Part shown: positions 38,682 through 48,654 of the stretch, piece by piece
Numbering within the stretch: the first letter of the stretch is position 1
Layout: every line of letters starts with the position of its first letter
DNA from: Anaerolineales bacterium
GTDB lineage: Bacteria; Chloroflexota; Anaerolineae; Anaerolineales; UBA11858
Assembly: GCA_021108255.1 (NCBI GenBank)
Contig: JAIORG010000235.1
Location: 1 to 48,654 of the forward strand
Reading direction: 5' to 3'
DNA length: 48,654 nt
Made by a program: the position numbers and the translations under genes
The notes under the pieces: model-generated
What the model saw: only the letters and a program-made list of their open reading frames with translations
The model's database searches: none
What the model was told of the DNA's origin: nothing

Positions 38682-40979
38682 ATGAACCGTAATTCCTGGA
38701 ATAGGGACCTGCCAGAATCTTTTTACCTGACCGCGGAAAACCGCTTTACCAGCTATGATCCTGATCAAAACCGGGGATGGCTTCTTAATCAAAGTCGGGG
38801 AAATCCACCAGCTCTAGTAATTCAACCGGACCTGGCTGGCAGCAGTGGTTATTACAGGATATTCCCTTGTTTCACGGAAGGAACTCATACAGTCATTTCC
38901 CCGGTTGATTTTGTACAACCCCCCAAGTTAAACGATTTTCTGGTAAATCTCGTTGAGTATTCTTTTTATCCCCTCAAGGAGCTCTTTGTTACGGTCATTA
39001 ACTGGGCTCCGGATCCTGCTTTAGTTTGCGGGATGATCAAAATAAAAAACCACTCCAGCCGCACGCGGACAATCCACCTGGACCTCGCAGGACATCTCAC
39101 TCATCTGACATCAGGAATACGAATGTCTGCTATGGATTATTCCGGCCGGGATATCCTCTCCGGGCAAATGAGTGATATGCATCCGGTACTATTCATGTCT
39201 GGCAGCACCCAGGCTGGGAAAAACCCCTTTCCCAGCCTTTCGTCTGAGCTGATCATTGCCCCTGATGAGGAATTAGAAGTTAGTTGGGTTTCAGCTTTGG
39301 GGAAATCCCAGGATGAGTCCTTAAAATTAATAGACAACCTGATCCGGATGGATTGGGCAGGAGAAATTTCCCGACTGAAGATCCAGGAACAGAGCCAATT
39401 AGAGATCATTACCGGAGATCCTGATTGGAACTTTGCTTTTAGGCTTTCCCAGAAGGAAGCTGCAGGATACATGAGCAAACATTTCCCCCAGGGAAACTCT
39501 TCACTTAATTCCGACCACATTCTCTCACCGTTCGAAGCTCTTTATCTTCTGGATGTTTTAACTCCAATCGATCCTCAAGATGCCAACAAGATACTGGACA
39601 ACGTTCTGCGGGCGGTGAGGGAAAATGGAATGCTAGCCGAGGGACGCTGTAACACTTTTACGAACCTGCCAGCATTACCCCTGGCCGGGGAGCTGTTTTG
39701 GCAAGCCAGTCAAATCGCTCCCTTACATCAAGGGAATAAATTACTTCTTGAAAAATTGGGAATTCTGCTGGATCATTGGTTTTTGCCAGTATACGATCAA
39801 GACGGAGATGGAATTCCTGAACTTACCCATCCCTGCCAGTTAAATCTGGCTGATCCTCGGCCGCCAGGCTCTATACCTGAGAGTGAACTTTCTGGTGATT
39901 ATCCCTTCATCGAATCTCCCGGGTTGGCCAGCCTTCTACTTAATGATCTGGCCCGATTGGAAGAACTCCAGACTTCGTTCGGGCAAAACAAAACCGACGG
40001 CCTCACCGATACAAAACGGAAGATACTGGTAAATTTCTTGAAAGAATCCTGGGATTCTAAAGAATCTTGTTTTTATTGTCGTGATCGGGACAGCCACTTG
40101 ACTCTGCCAGGAAGGTTGATCTGCAAAGATCCCGGTAATGGCTTTCACGTTCTCCGGGAAAATATGCCCCACCCCACCAGAATTGGGTTCTTAATCCAGG
40201 GCGAATCAGTGAAGGGAACTATTCCAGACTTTCAAATAACCCTGCATGGATACGATCAAAACGAAAACTACCGGATCGAACAGATTTATCCCCCTCAAAT
40301 TCGTTGGTTAGGAATTCAAGGCAGGACAGCAAGCGAATGTGTTTATTCCCGCCTGGATTATATTGCCCTGGAAAACTTTACTGCTGACCTCCACCTGACC
40401 ATCTTCTGCCCCCATACCATCCGGGAAGATATCACTACCCTCTTGCCCCTGTGGGGAAAAGACCTGGATAAACAAAAAGCAGGCGATCTAATCAATAACA
40501 CCCTCACCAATCAGGAGAAATTCTGGTCAACCTTTGGTATTAGAACCTTTCCAAACGTGGATTATTCTGCCATTCAATTGCCATGGAATATCTTATTAGG
40601 CAAGGGTTTGCTGGCACATGAAAAAAGATCACTTGCAGCAGATTTATTCTCTAAGCTCATGAAAACCATACTGATCAATCTGGACAATTCGGGGTTTTTC
40701 TTCTCCGCCTACGATGCCAGGACCGGAATCGGTCAAGGAATCCAAAATTCTCTGGAGGGTTTAATTCCCCTGGGTTTTTTCCTGCAGGTATTGGGAATTC
40801 AAATTATCAATGAGCGGGAAATTGAGGTAGAGGGAGATCATCCATTCCCCTGGCCTGTTACCTTACGCTACCGCGGGATGATTATCTACAGGGATCAGGA
40901 ACAAACCAGGATTGATTTTCCGGGGGAAAAGAGCAAAGTAATTCGTAATCCAGAGAAAAAGCATGTTCGACTGTTTTAG
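38682..40979 (+). CDS. Putative (alpha/alpha)6 glycoside hydrolase-like protein (GH63/MGH1-like), divergent
   Basis: W....DQDGDGIPE, WD.....F, LLPLW, FWSTFGI, Y...TG.G patterns. Confidence 0.55.
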   Translation: MNRNSWNRDLPESFYLTAENRFTSYDPDQNRGWLLNQSRGNPPALVIQPDLAGSSGYYRIFPCFTEGTHTVISPVDFVQPPKLNDFLVNLVEYSFYPLKELFVTVINWAPDPALVCGMIKIKNHSSRTRTIHLDLAGHLTHLTSGIRMSAMDYSGRDILSGQMSDMHPVLFMSGSTQAGKNPFPSLSSELIIAPDEELEVSWVSALGKSQDESLKLIDNLIRMDWAGEISRLKIQEQSQLEIITGDPDWNFAFRLSQKEAAGYMSKHFPQGNSSLNSDHILSPFEALYLLDVLTPIDPQDANKILDNVLRAVRENGMLAEGRCNTFTNLPALPLAGELFWQASQIAPLHQGNKLLLEKLGILLDHWFLPVYDQDGDGIPELTHPCQLNLADPRPPGSIPESELSGDYPFIESPGLASLLLNDLARLEELQTSFGQNKTDGLTDTKRKILVNFLKESWDSKESCFYCRDRDSHLTLPGRLICKDPGNGFHVLRENMPHPTRIGFLIQGESVKGTIPDFQITLHGYDQNENYRIEQIYPPQIRWLGIQGRTASECVYSRLDYIALENFTADLHLTIFCPHTIREDITTLLPLWGKDLDKQKAGDLINNTLTNQEKFWSTFGIRTFPNVDYSAIQLPWNILLGKGLLAHEKRSLAADLFSKLMKTILINLDNSGFFFSAYDARTGIGQGIQNSLEGLIPLGFFLQVLGIQIINEREIEVEGDHPFPWPVTLRYRGMIIYRDQEQTRIDFPGEKSKVIRNPEKKHVRLF

Positions 40980-41551
40980 TCTTCTTCCTGGAATTTTTCG
41001 ACCTGGTAGGTCTCTACTTGCAGTTTGGCAGTTCTCCAAATTGATTGATCCAAACCCATTTTTACACAAAGGCGATTCAGGAATAATTCAGGGCTTGGAA
41101 GCTGCTCCCAAACCTGGGGCAAAAATGTCGCCCGGCGAGTTTGATATCTCAAAATAACCCCATCAATTCGGGGTCGCAGTTTAGTAATCAAATCCTCAGG
41201 GTCCTCGTAATTAAGTGTGCAGGGTTGTGTCAAGCGGGATATTTCGATTCTAATTTCTTCTAATTCAGGAAGCTTGAGGGAGGGAAACCTGTAATCCTGG
41301 AAAGCGGCCGCTACAGCCCTTTCACGCACATCCTGGACTAGAGGTTGAACTACTTCTATTGAACCTACGCAACCCCTTAACACTCCATTTTTCATTAAAG
41401 TGATAAAACAGGCCCCATTCTCCTGGAGTTTTGGTGAATACTCTTCTAGCGCCAAAGGTAATTTTTCTTCCTTGTCCAACTCCTGACGGATTGCGTTCCG
41501 GGCTATTTCAAGCAAGAGTTTTTGTTCTTCCCCTGATAATTGATTGGTCAT
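40976..41551 (-). CDS. amrA: AmmeMemoRadiSam system protein A (AMMECR1 family)
   Basis: GACFITL...G.LRGCVG, AAFQDYRF, ATFLPQVW; start ATG 41551. Confidence 0.9.
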   Translation of the reverse strand: MTNQLSGEEQKLLLEIARNAIRQELDKEEKLPLALEEYSPKLQENGACFITLMKNGVLRGCVGSIEVVQPLVQDVRERAVAAAFQDYRFPSLKLPELEEIRIEISRLTQPCTLNYEDPEDLITKLRPRIDGVILRYQTRRATFLPQVWEQLPSPELFLNRLCVKMGLDQSIWRTAKLQVETYQVEKFQEED

Positions 41552-41791
41552 ATTCTTGCACCTATGAGAATTGGAACTAAATTTGCAGAAAAACCACTTT
41601 TCGCTGAGATACATCGATCAGAAATGATATCTGTTAAATCGGTTTTTCCTGGTTTAATTGAAATTATCACTCGAAAATGGCTAATAATCAATCACTGTAT
41701 ACCCTGGAAATCAGGAAATTTGTGTCTCTATACGAAAAATAAGGTAAAATATGGTCAAATTCCGGGGTATTTATTATAGTATTATAACGGA

Positions 41792-42556
41792 ATGAAAATA
41801 CAATACGATCCCAACGAAAAGCAGCCGCAGTCGAGACTGCTGAAAAAAACCCTCAAGGGGTTATTAAACGTCTCCCTGGTTGCTGTTATCACTGCTACTC
41901 TTTTTACAGCCCTGCCCGCAACTGGCATCGGGTTTAAATCCCCCCTCTTTCAACCTGTACAAACCAACGGGGAGAATCTTGGTTCTGAAACCCCCGTCGC
42001 AACCCTTCATGTGGGTTTGGTTGTAGGACACTGGGGGCATGACGTGGGAGCTATCTGCCCGGATAGCCTGGGAGGTTACCGGGAGGTTGATATTAATTAT
42101 ACGATTGCTGACTTAACCCGACAGTATCTTCAAGCGGAAGGAGTAGAGGTTGACCTTCTCAAGGAATTTGATGAACACCTAAAGGGATATGACGGAGATG
42201 CCCTGATTTCAATTCATGCCGATACGTGTGAATATATCCCTGAACTCGGTACCGGATTTAAAATTGCTGAAGCGGTAGACAACAAGCGACCTGAACAGGC
42301 AGCCCGCTTAATGGCTTGCATGAAGAACAGATACGGAAACGCCACCGGGCTCCGGTATGACCACAGGATTACACCAGATATGACCAGCTACCATGCATTC
42401 AGCGAAGTGGATCCAAATACACCGGCAGTAATCATTGAAACCGGATATATGAATCAGGATAGAGAATTATTAACCAAGAATCCATCTCTTGTCGCAAGAG
42501 GAATAACAGCAGGCATTATGTGCTATTTGAATCGGGAAGAGATATCAACAGAGTAA
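41792..42556 (+). CDS. N-acetylmuramoyl-L-alanine amidase (Amidase_3), membrane-anchored
   Basis: GH.G.D.GA, E..IN, SIHAD, IIETGY zinc/catalytic motifs. Confidence 0.85.
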   Translation: MKIQYDPNEKQPQSRLLKKTLKGLLNVSLVAVITATLFTALPATGIGFKSPLFQPVQTNGENLGSETPVATLHVGLVVGHWGHDVGAICPDSLGGYREVDINYTIADLTRQYLQAEGVEVDLLKEFDEHLKGYDGDALISIHADTCEYIPELGTGFKIAEAVDNKRPEQAARLMACMKNRYGNATGLRYDHRITPDMTSYHAFSEVDPNTPAVIIETGYMNQDRELLTKNPSLVARGITAGIMCYLNREEISTE

Positions 42557-42559
42557 CTT

Positions 42560-43555
42560 ATGAAATCATCGCTACCTGGACCTGCCTATAAAGTTCTAAA
42601 TGAAGCCAAGGAAGCACTCAACCGTGGTGAACTTCAGCGGGCGCGCAGATTGGCTTTAAAAGCTGTTAACCTCGCTCCCGAATTTGAAGAGCCCTGGCTT
42701 TACCTGGCATCTGTCTCTTCTCCGGAAGCAAGTATTGCTTACTTGAAAAAAGCTCTTGAAATCAACCCTTCCAGCAATCAAGCCAAAAAAGGTATGCACT
42801 GGGCGATCAAGCGTTTCAGAACTTCAGCTAAATCACAACCAAAGAAACGAGTCCGCCTTCCAATCTCTATCGCCAAGGAAGCACTTTTATCCCGTGTCCC
42901 CTCACTATTACCCTGGTCAACCATAGGATTAATCGCAGTAGCAGTGATCCTTGTCTGGCTTTGGACCCCGGATTTTTCCTTTGCTTTTCCAAATCTGCAA
43001 ACCACTCCCCAAATCACATTATCCGCCCAGGAGAATTACCGCAAGGTAACCTTTACCCCGACTCCAACCAATACTCCTACCTCAACTCCAACACCAACGG
43101 CGACTCCTACGCCAACTATCACTCCTACACCAAAACCAACCAAAAAACCAAATACGTCCGCGACTTATAAAAAATCCATTCTGCCATCCGGTGTTTATCC
43201 GAATGAGCGCTGGATTGACGTCAATTTATCAACCCAGCGATTGACTGCCTATGACGGAGACAATAAGGTCAATAGCTTTTTGGTCTCGACTGGACTTTGG
43301 GGCACTCCGACCGTCACCGGTCGATTCCGAGTTTACGTCAAATACGTTTCCACTCTCATGTCCGGTCCCGGATATTATCTCCCGGGAGTTCCCTATACAA
43401 TGTATTTTTATAACGGATATGGTATTCACGGCACCTACTGGCATAATAACTTTGGCACACCCATGAGTCACGGGTGCGTGAATATGAAAACTTCCGAGGC
43501 CGAATGGCTGTTTTATTGGTCAAGTGTAGGAACATTGATAAACATACATTATTAA
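42560..43555 (+). CDS. L,D-transpeptidase (YkuD) with N-terminal TPR, TM and Pro/Thr linker
   Basis: WIDVNLSTQRL, VSTG, HGTYWH...SHGCVN. Confidence 0.9.
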   Translation: MKSSLPGPAYKVLNEAKEALNRGELQRARRLALKAVNLAPEFEEPWLYLASVSSPEASIAYLKKALEINPSSNQAKKGMHWAIKRFRTSAKSQPKKRVRLPISIAKEALLSRVPSLLPWSTIGLIAVAVILVWLWTPDFSFAFPNLQTTPQITLSAQENYRKVTFTPTPTNTPTSTPTPTATPTPTITPTPKPTKKPNTSATYKKSILPSGVYPNERWIDVNLSTQRLTAYDGDNKVNSFLVSTGLWGTPTVTGRFRVYVKYVSTLMSGPGYYLPGVPYTMYFYNGYGIHGTYWHNNFGTPMSHGCVNMKTSEAEWLFYWSSVGTLINIHY

Positions 43556-43558
43556 TTC

Positions 43559-44590
43559 ATGCTAATGTTGAATCAAAAAAAGTTCACCAGAAGGGATTTC
43601 TTAAACCTGAGCGGGCTTGGATTAGTGGGCTTGTTTGGCCCCAATCTCAACCCCTTGATGAATCTGTACCAGGATCAACAGGGAAGAGTGATTTACGAAA
43701 ATATCTCAACCCACAAAAAACCTACCTACGACAGTGAAAAAGTCCGTATCCATTGGAAGGATGCTGTCTTCCCAATCACAAGTGTTGTTTTGGGAAGTGA
43801 TGATCCGTCTCACAATCGGATTTGGTATAAAGTTGGGACTGAAGGATATGCTCATTCTGGAGCAATCCAGCCTGTAAGAACTGATGTTAACCCTGTCTAT
43901 TATGATTTCCCTCCTGAAGGTGCCCTTGCGGAAGTAACGGTTCCTTACACTGATGCCCTCTGGACCCCGGGCGAGCGTTATCATGTGGCTTACCGTTTTT
44001 ATTACGAAACCACTCATTGGATCAAAGATGTGGTCGAGGGACCTGACGGCATCTCCTATTATCACATTCTGGAAGATAAATGGGATCTCGATTATTACGT
44101 TCCAGCTGCTCATCTCCGGGTCATCCCGGCCAATGAGCTAACAGTCTTGTCCCCTGAAGTTCCCAGTATATCAAAAAGAATTGAAGTCAGGACCAGCCTT
44201 CAAACAGTCATTGCCTATGAATATAACAAACCGGTTTTTATGGTTAAGGCTGCCACCGGGGCGGATTTCAGTACCGGTAAATACTCCACCCCTCCTGGAC
44301 ACCATATCACTAACTATAAGCGCCCTTCCAGACATATGGCTGCGGGTAATTTGGCCTACAATGGATATGATCTTCCCGGCGTTCCCTGGACTATATACAT
44401 CACAGAGAGCGGCATCGCTTTCCATGGAACGTACTGGCATAACGATTTCGGGAAAGCTCTCAGTCATGGCTGTATAAATTTACCATCCAAGGCATCCAAA
44501 TGGCTCTACCGCTGGACCCTTCCCCATGTGCCTTATAACCAGCAATCGGCTTACAACGTCTCCGGCACCCATGTTGATGTCATGGAATAA
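43559..44590 (+). CDS. Tat-exported L,D-transpeptidase (YkuD)
   Basis: TRRDFL twin-arginine signal; HGTYWHNDFG...SHGCIN. Confidence 0.9.
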   Translation: MLMLNQKKFTRRDFLNLSGLGLVGLFGPNLNPLMNLYQDQQGRVIYENISTHKKPTYDSEKVRIHWKDAVFPITSVVLGSDDPSHNRIWYKVGTEGYAHSGAIQPVRTDVNPVYYDFPPEGALAEVTVPYTDALWTPGERYHVAYRFYYETTHWIKDVVEGPDGISYYHILEDKWDLDYYVPAAHLRVIPANELTVLSPEVPSISKRIEVRTSLQTVIAYEYNKPVFMVKAATGADFSTGKYSTPPGHHITNYKRPSRHMAAGNLAYNGYDLPGVPWTIYITESGIAFHGTYWHNDFGKALSHGCINLPSKASKWLYRWTLPHVPYNQQSAYNVSGTHVDVME

Positions 44591-44789
44591 CCCCGGATAT
44601 TTGGTTCCAATGAGCTCCTCCCTCTCCATCTCTGTCCAGGAGAAAATTTGACCTGGATGCAGCCAAATTTTTTATTCCCCGCAACAACATCTCTAATACG
44701 ATTCTTATTGTAGATTAGCGCTGAATATCATAAAATAAAACTCATAAGAACAAAACGTACAACAAAGTTAAGGAGGAACTGGATTTCAG

Positions 44790-45209
44790 ATGCCAGCGAA
44801 ACCGCTTTTTACCGGTTTAGTGTATGATGATAATGACCAGATAGTTGAAATCACTACCGTGGGGACGGAATCTTGTTATGTTGTTGATGATGCTGGATTC
44901 AAAAGACATATCCCTTCGGAACAAGTCGACCGGCAGGTTTTAGATAAATTCCGGGAGCTGATTGAAGGCCATGAGGAGATCCTCGGAGAACAGGCTCTGA
45001 AGATGCTTGGAGAGGACGATATTTTTTCCCGGGCAATTTATATTGAACAGCTCAAGAACCTTGATAAACAATTTGATCAGCTGCTCGAAACCGGCTATCC
45101 CGAAGAAATCAGGACCTATATGGGAATGACCGGCTTTAAAGTGATTATCAATCATCATGGAGAAGTATTAGAGGTAGAACAGCCCGGAATGATCGCAGAT
45201 GAAGAATGA
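44790..45209 (+). CDS. Conserved hypothetical acidic protein
   Basis: 139-aa ORF with AAGGAGG RBS. Confidence 0.8.
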   Translation: MPAKPLFTGLVYDDNDQIVEITTVGTESCYVVDDAGFKRHIPSEQVDRQVLDKFRELIEGHEEILGEQALKMLGEDDIFSRAIYIEQLKNLDKQFDQLLETGYPEEIRTYMGMTGFKVIINHHGEVLEVEQPGMIADEE

Positions 45210-45218
45210 GTGATTTTC

Positions 45219-46049
45219 ATGGAACATCCTGATATTGTTAGCGTTGATGAAGCCAATTTTGAATACCAGGTCCTGGCATATTCTGAACGAGTGCCAGTCC
45301 TGGTTGATTTTTGGGCCCAATGGTCCGAAACCTGCCAGCGAACCAGCCCCCTGCTCGAGGCTCTCACAAGACAGAACAGCGGCCGATTCAGGTTGGCAAA
45401 AGTTGATGTTGACCAAAATGCACAGCTAGCGCAGCGCTATCAAGTTCATACAGTACCCACACTTAAAACATTTGAAAATGGTATGATCACCCGCCAAATC
45501 GTCGGGATTAAAACCAATATCCAGGTGATAGATTTTGTCCAGGAAATTGTGCCGGGGCCGGAAAACTTGTTAATTGAAAAAGCCGCCAGCCTTTTCCAGG
45601 CTGAAAAATACCAGGAAGTAGAAGAGATCAGCCGTGAAATCCTGGAAGATGATCCAGCACAACCCAGGGCAAATCTACTTTTGGCTAAAAGCCTGATCTG
45701 GCAGGGGGAATACCCGGAAGCAAAACTTATTCTGGCTCAATTTCCATCCAGTCCTGAATTCCAGGGGGCAGAGAAACTCCGCCCGTTGGTTGAAGCCCTG
45801 GGCACAATAGCCGGAGAACAATCACCAGGGGCAGAGCTGCTGGACGCAGTCTATCTCCGGGCAGTTAAACTGATCAGCCTGGGGAATATCCCTGCCGCAC
45901 TGGATGGATTATTGGACATTCTCAGGAAAGACAAAGGATACCGGGGAAACCTCCCCAGGGACCTGATCCTGGGTGTCTTTGAACTCCTGGGAGAGGATCA
46001 TCCTCTTACGCAGGAATACCGGCCCCAACTGGCAAATACCCTGTTTTAA
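45219..46049 (+). CDS. cnoX: Thioredoxin-TPR chaperedoxin (CnoX/YbbN family)
   Basis: PVLVDFWAQWSETC, LAKVDVD, TPR region, C-terminal YR..LA..LF. Confidence 0.8.
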   Translation: MEHPDIVSVDEANFEYQVLAYSERVPVLVDFWAQWSETCQRTSPLLEALTRQNSGRFRLAKVDVDQNAQLAQRYQVHTVPTLKTFENGMITRQIVGIKTNIQVIDFVQEIVPGPENLLIEKAASLFQAEKYQEVEEISREILEDDPAQPRANLLLAKSLIWQGEYPEAKLILAQFPSSPEFQGAEKLRPLVEALGTIAGEQSPGAELLDAVYLRAVKLISLGNIPAALDGLLDILRKDKGYRGNLPRDLILGVFELLGEDHPLTQEYRPQLANTLF

Positions 46050-46070
46050 TTAATTGACAAAAATTACACC

Positions 46071-46098
46071 TTGACCCTCGCAGTAGGCTTAGTACAAT
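46071..46098 (+). promoter_or_regulatory. sigma70 promoter of tRNA-Leu
   Basis: TTGACC-N16-TACAAT. Confidence 0.55.
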
Positions 46099-46117
46099 TA
46101 AGGCCGTAGCAGAGTCT

Positions 46118-46199
46118 GGGGCGGTGGCGGAATTGGCAGACGCAGGGGACTTAAAATCCCCCGGTTCACACCATGTGGGTTCAAGTCCCACCCGCCCTA
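46118..46199 (+). tRNA. tRNA-Leu(TAA), CCA not encoded
   Basis: Acceptor GGGGCGG/CCGCCCT, anticodon arm GGGGA-CTTAAAA-TCCCC, variable arm, T arm GTGGG-TTCAAGT-CCCAC. Confidence 0.96.
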
Positions 46200-46243
46200 C
46201 TCTTCTAAGATGGAAATTCCCTTCAGGAATCCCCACATAAACC

Positions 46244-46280
46244 AAGAAAAGCCTGTGTCTGCGCAGGCTTTTTCTTTTTA
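46244..46280. terminator. Bidirectional intrinsic terminator
   Basis: AAGAAAAGCCTG...CAGGCTTTTTCTTTT between tRNA-Leu and the convergent HD-GYP gene. Confidence 0.75.
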
Positions 46281-46403
46281 AAATGGCATTAGCGTGTACT
46301 GGGGACTGATCTCAGTAGTGAGATGTCTATTGTTTCTGCTCTAAATTGACAGGGGTTCCCATATGGATCAGATTCATTAAATCATTCATCAAGTAAGCTG
46401 TTT

Positions 46404-48654
46404 TCAAGTTAACTCAATGATTTTCAAAAAAGCATCCATTACCCGGGGGTCAAAATGTTTTCCTGATTGCTCTTTAATATGGGCCAGGATCTTTTCTTTG
46501 GACCATGCTTTCCGATATGGCCGATCCGAGTTCAGAGCGTCCCAAACATCTATAATGGCAAAAATCCGGGCAGCAAGAGGTATTTCTTCGCCTTTCAAGC
46601 CTTGAGGGTATCCATTCCCGTCCCATCGTTCATGATGATAATGAGGAATTTCAAGAGCTGGTCTTAGAAATTCGATTCCAGATAATGCATTAAAAGCATA
46701 TACTGGATGCTGCTGCATGATCTCCCACTCATCGTCTGTTAATTTACCTGGCTTTTGCAAAATACTATCAGGTACGCCCATTTTCCCAATATCATGAAGT
46801 AATGCCCCACGGCGGATTTGGACAATTTGATCTGCTGGAAGGCCCATTGACCCTGCCAGTTTGACTGTCATCTCTACAACGCGTCGTGAGTGACCTTCTG
46901 TTTCATAATCGCGAAGCTCAAGTGTTTTTGCCCAACCTTCCAGAGTAGAGTCGTAAGCAATACTGAGATCCATGATAGAACGTTGTAAATCGTTGAACAT
47001 GCTAGCGTTATCGATGGCGATGGCAGCCAGTCCGGCTAAAGCATTTGAAAACATCAGCCACTCACTATCCAGTGAAAGCGGTCCGCGATGGAAGATTTCC
47101 AATACACCCTTGAGGACACCTTTGGCGATCAAGGGTATGCCGTAATAAACGATGAAGTCTTCCTCAGACATCTCGGGGGATGTCTGGAATAATTCTTTCT
47201 CTTCCAGCAGATTAGGAATATGCTTTATCTCTCGTTGCTGCGCAACCTGCCCGGCTAGGCCCTGCCCCAGGCGCAAATCCGTATACTTCAAAGCAGAAGT
47301 CTTGAAACCAGTTCTGCCAATACATTTCAAATTTAGGGTGAGTGGATCAAACAGCAGAATATCTACTGCATCCACCTCCAGTTGAATTTGAGCTTGTTTC
47401 AAGAATAAATTAGTGGTCAAGTTAAGATCAATACTGGACGATATAATTTTATCAATGGAGTGCAGGGCTTCTATTCGTTTCAGCCGCCTTTTGGCCTGAC
47501 TAAACAATTGGGCGTTTTCCAGTGCTCGAGCAGCAGTGCTGACTGCGTTGGCGGCCAGGTCAATTTCCTCCCTGCTGAACTCGCGCCGCTCGACTGAGTC
47601 CAACCCCAGGGTACCCACAACCTGGCCGTGCGCCATCAGCGGTAGGATCAGCATAGAAACAGTGCCGCGCTGCTGTATCTCATCGTGAATAACTGCCATA
47701 CGTGGGTCTTTCTGGGCATCGGTTATAACAAGGGGCGCTTTGTTCTCAAAGACGTATTCCATGACTGGATTGCCTTCGATGGGCAGCTCTACGTTCAGGG
47801 CGCTGGTGTATCCCTCGGCAAGATACTCAGCCACAATAATGGCGGCCGTGCGGGACTCATTCAGCAAGGCTGCGGCGGCCTGGGGCAGATTGAAGGCAAG
47901 AGCCAGTTCGCGGCAGGTAGTTTCCAACACCACCTCCGGCTCCATGGTCATACTGGCGGCAGCGATGACCCGGTTGAGCAGGGTCAGTTCAATATTGCGG
48001 CGCTGCAGCGCCTCTCGTGCTTGTATGCGCTCGGTGATGTCTGAAAAAATTGCCACAAGAAATTCGGGTTTGTTTTTTTTATCGGAAAGTAAAGAACAAA
48101 TTAAATCCACTGGAACGATTTGCTTGTCTTTCTTGACTACATTCATGTCTCCGTGCCAATATTTGTTTTTAATCAAGGCAGGAACTACTTCTTTTGCCAG
48201 TTTTAAGGCATCTTTCTTTTGAGCAAAACGAAACATGGAATTGCCGATAACCTCATCTTCTTCAAATCCACTGAAATCGCAATAACCTTGATTGACATAT
48301 AGAACTGCGCCCTTGATATTTGTAATGATGATGGATTGTCTTGTCGTTTCTATTATTTTACTGAATAACCGATTTTGTTCCTCAGCCTGCACTCTCTCGG
48401 CGATATCTCTGGTAGTTCCCTGTAATCCAATTGGAATCCCTTTCTTGTTAAAGAGCAATTTTCCAGTGATTTCAACCGGAATTTCGGTCCCATCTTTGCG
48501 CAGCATTTCCGATTCAAAAATTACTTGGTCAAATTCATTGAAATGCTTTATACTGTATAACGCTTTCCTCGCCATTTGAAAAAATGCTTTACCACTGGCA
48601 TGTTGAGACAACCTGGTTCCAACCCACTCGTCAACTGTGTATCCAAAAGTGCTT
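46404..48654 (-). CDS. PAS-PAS-GAF-GAF-HD-GYP c-di-GMP phosphodiesterase (5' end outside the window)
   Basis: ETEGHSRRV, LLHDIGK, HHERWDGNGYP, DVWDAL..DRPYR; frame stays open to the window edge (FGYTVDEWVG, PAS-like). Confidence 0.92.
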   Translation of the reverse strand, partial: STFGYTVDEWVGTRLSQHASGKAFFQMARKALYSIKHFNEFDQVIFESEMLRKDGTEIPVEITGKLLFNKKGIPIGLQGTTRDIAERVQAEEQNRLFSKIIETTRQSIIITNIKGAVLYVNQGYCDFSGFEEDEVIGNSMFRFAQKKDALKLAKEVVPALIKNKYWHGDMNVVKKDKQIVPVDLICSLLSDKKNKPEFLVAIFSDITERIQAREALQRRNIELTLLNRVIAAASMTMEPEVVLETTCRELALAFNLPQAAAALLNESRTAAIIVAEYLAEGYTSALNVELPIEGNPVMEYVFENKAPLVITDAQKDPRMAVIHDEIQQRGTVSMLILPLMAHGQVVGTLGLDSVERREFSREEIDLAANAVSTAARALENAQLFSQAKRRLKRIEALHSIDKIISSSIDLNLTTNLFLKQAQIQLEVDAVDILLFDPLTLNLKCIGRTGFKTSALKYTDLRLGQGLAGQVAQQREIKHIPNLLEEKELFQTSPEMSEEDFIVYYGIPLIAKGVLKGVLEIFHRGPLSLDSEWLMFSNALAGLAAIAIDNASMFNDLQRSIMDLSIAYDSTLEGWAKTLELRDYETEGHSRRVVEMTVKLAGSMGLPADQIVQIRRGALLHDIGKMGVPDSILQKPGKLTDDEWEIMQQHPVYAFNALSGIEFLRPALEIPHYHHERWDGNGYPQGLKGEEIPLAARIFAIIDVWDALNSDRPYRKAWSKEKILAHIKEQSGKHFDPRVMDAFLKIIELT

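Noticed and set aside
410-48579. The many short ORFs antisense to or nested within the long genes (e.g. 410-1003, 28073-28585, 37988-38602, 47740-48222)
   Set aside because: Shadow frames of well-supported genes, with no motifs or RBS of their own

Overview
Chromosomal window from a bacterium whose gene repertoire and repeat families suggest Chloroflexota, probably Anaerolineae (inference only). It is mostly housekeeping genes: iscS-mnmA-Nudix, rplY, a PPi-type PFK, moeA, argF-ald-CoA transferase-pyk, and a peptidoglycan cluster (class A PBP, amidase, two L,D-transpeptidases), plus tRNA-Gly(CCC) and tRNA-Leu(TAA). The best candidate for an undescribed system is a three-gene operon at 7220-15519. 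It sits behind a good sigma54-type -24/-12 motif and encodes a small 2-TM protein, a 1775-aa TPR scaffold and a signal-peptide-less clan CD (C25/caspase-fold) cysteine protease with an intact His/Cys dyad. Other notable items are an integrase-free one-gene islet bounded by a duplication of tRNA-Gly plus the 3' end of the convergent gene, mosaics of several REP-like palindrome families, a structured rplY leader, several enzymes with altered catalytic residues, and an HD-GYP gene whose GC content switches at conserved inter-domain linkers. No CRISPR array, integrase or transposase was seen. All product calls come from motif recognition, not database searches.
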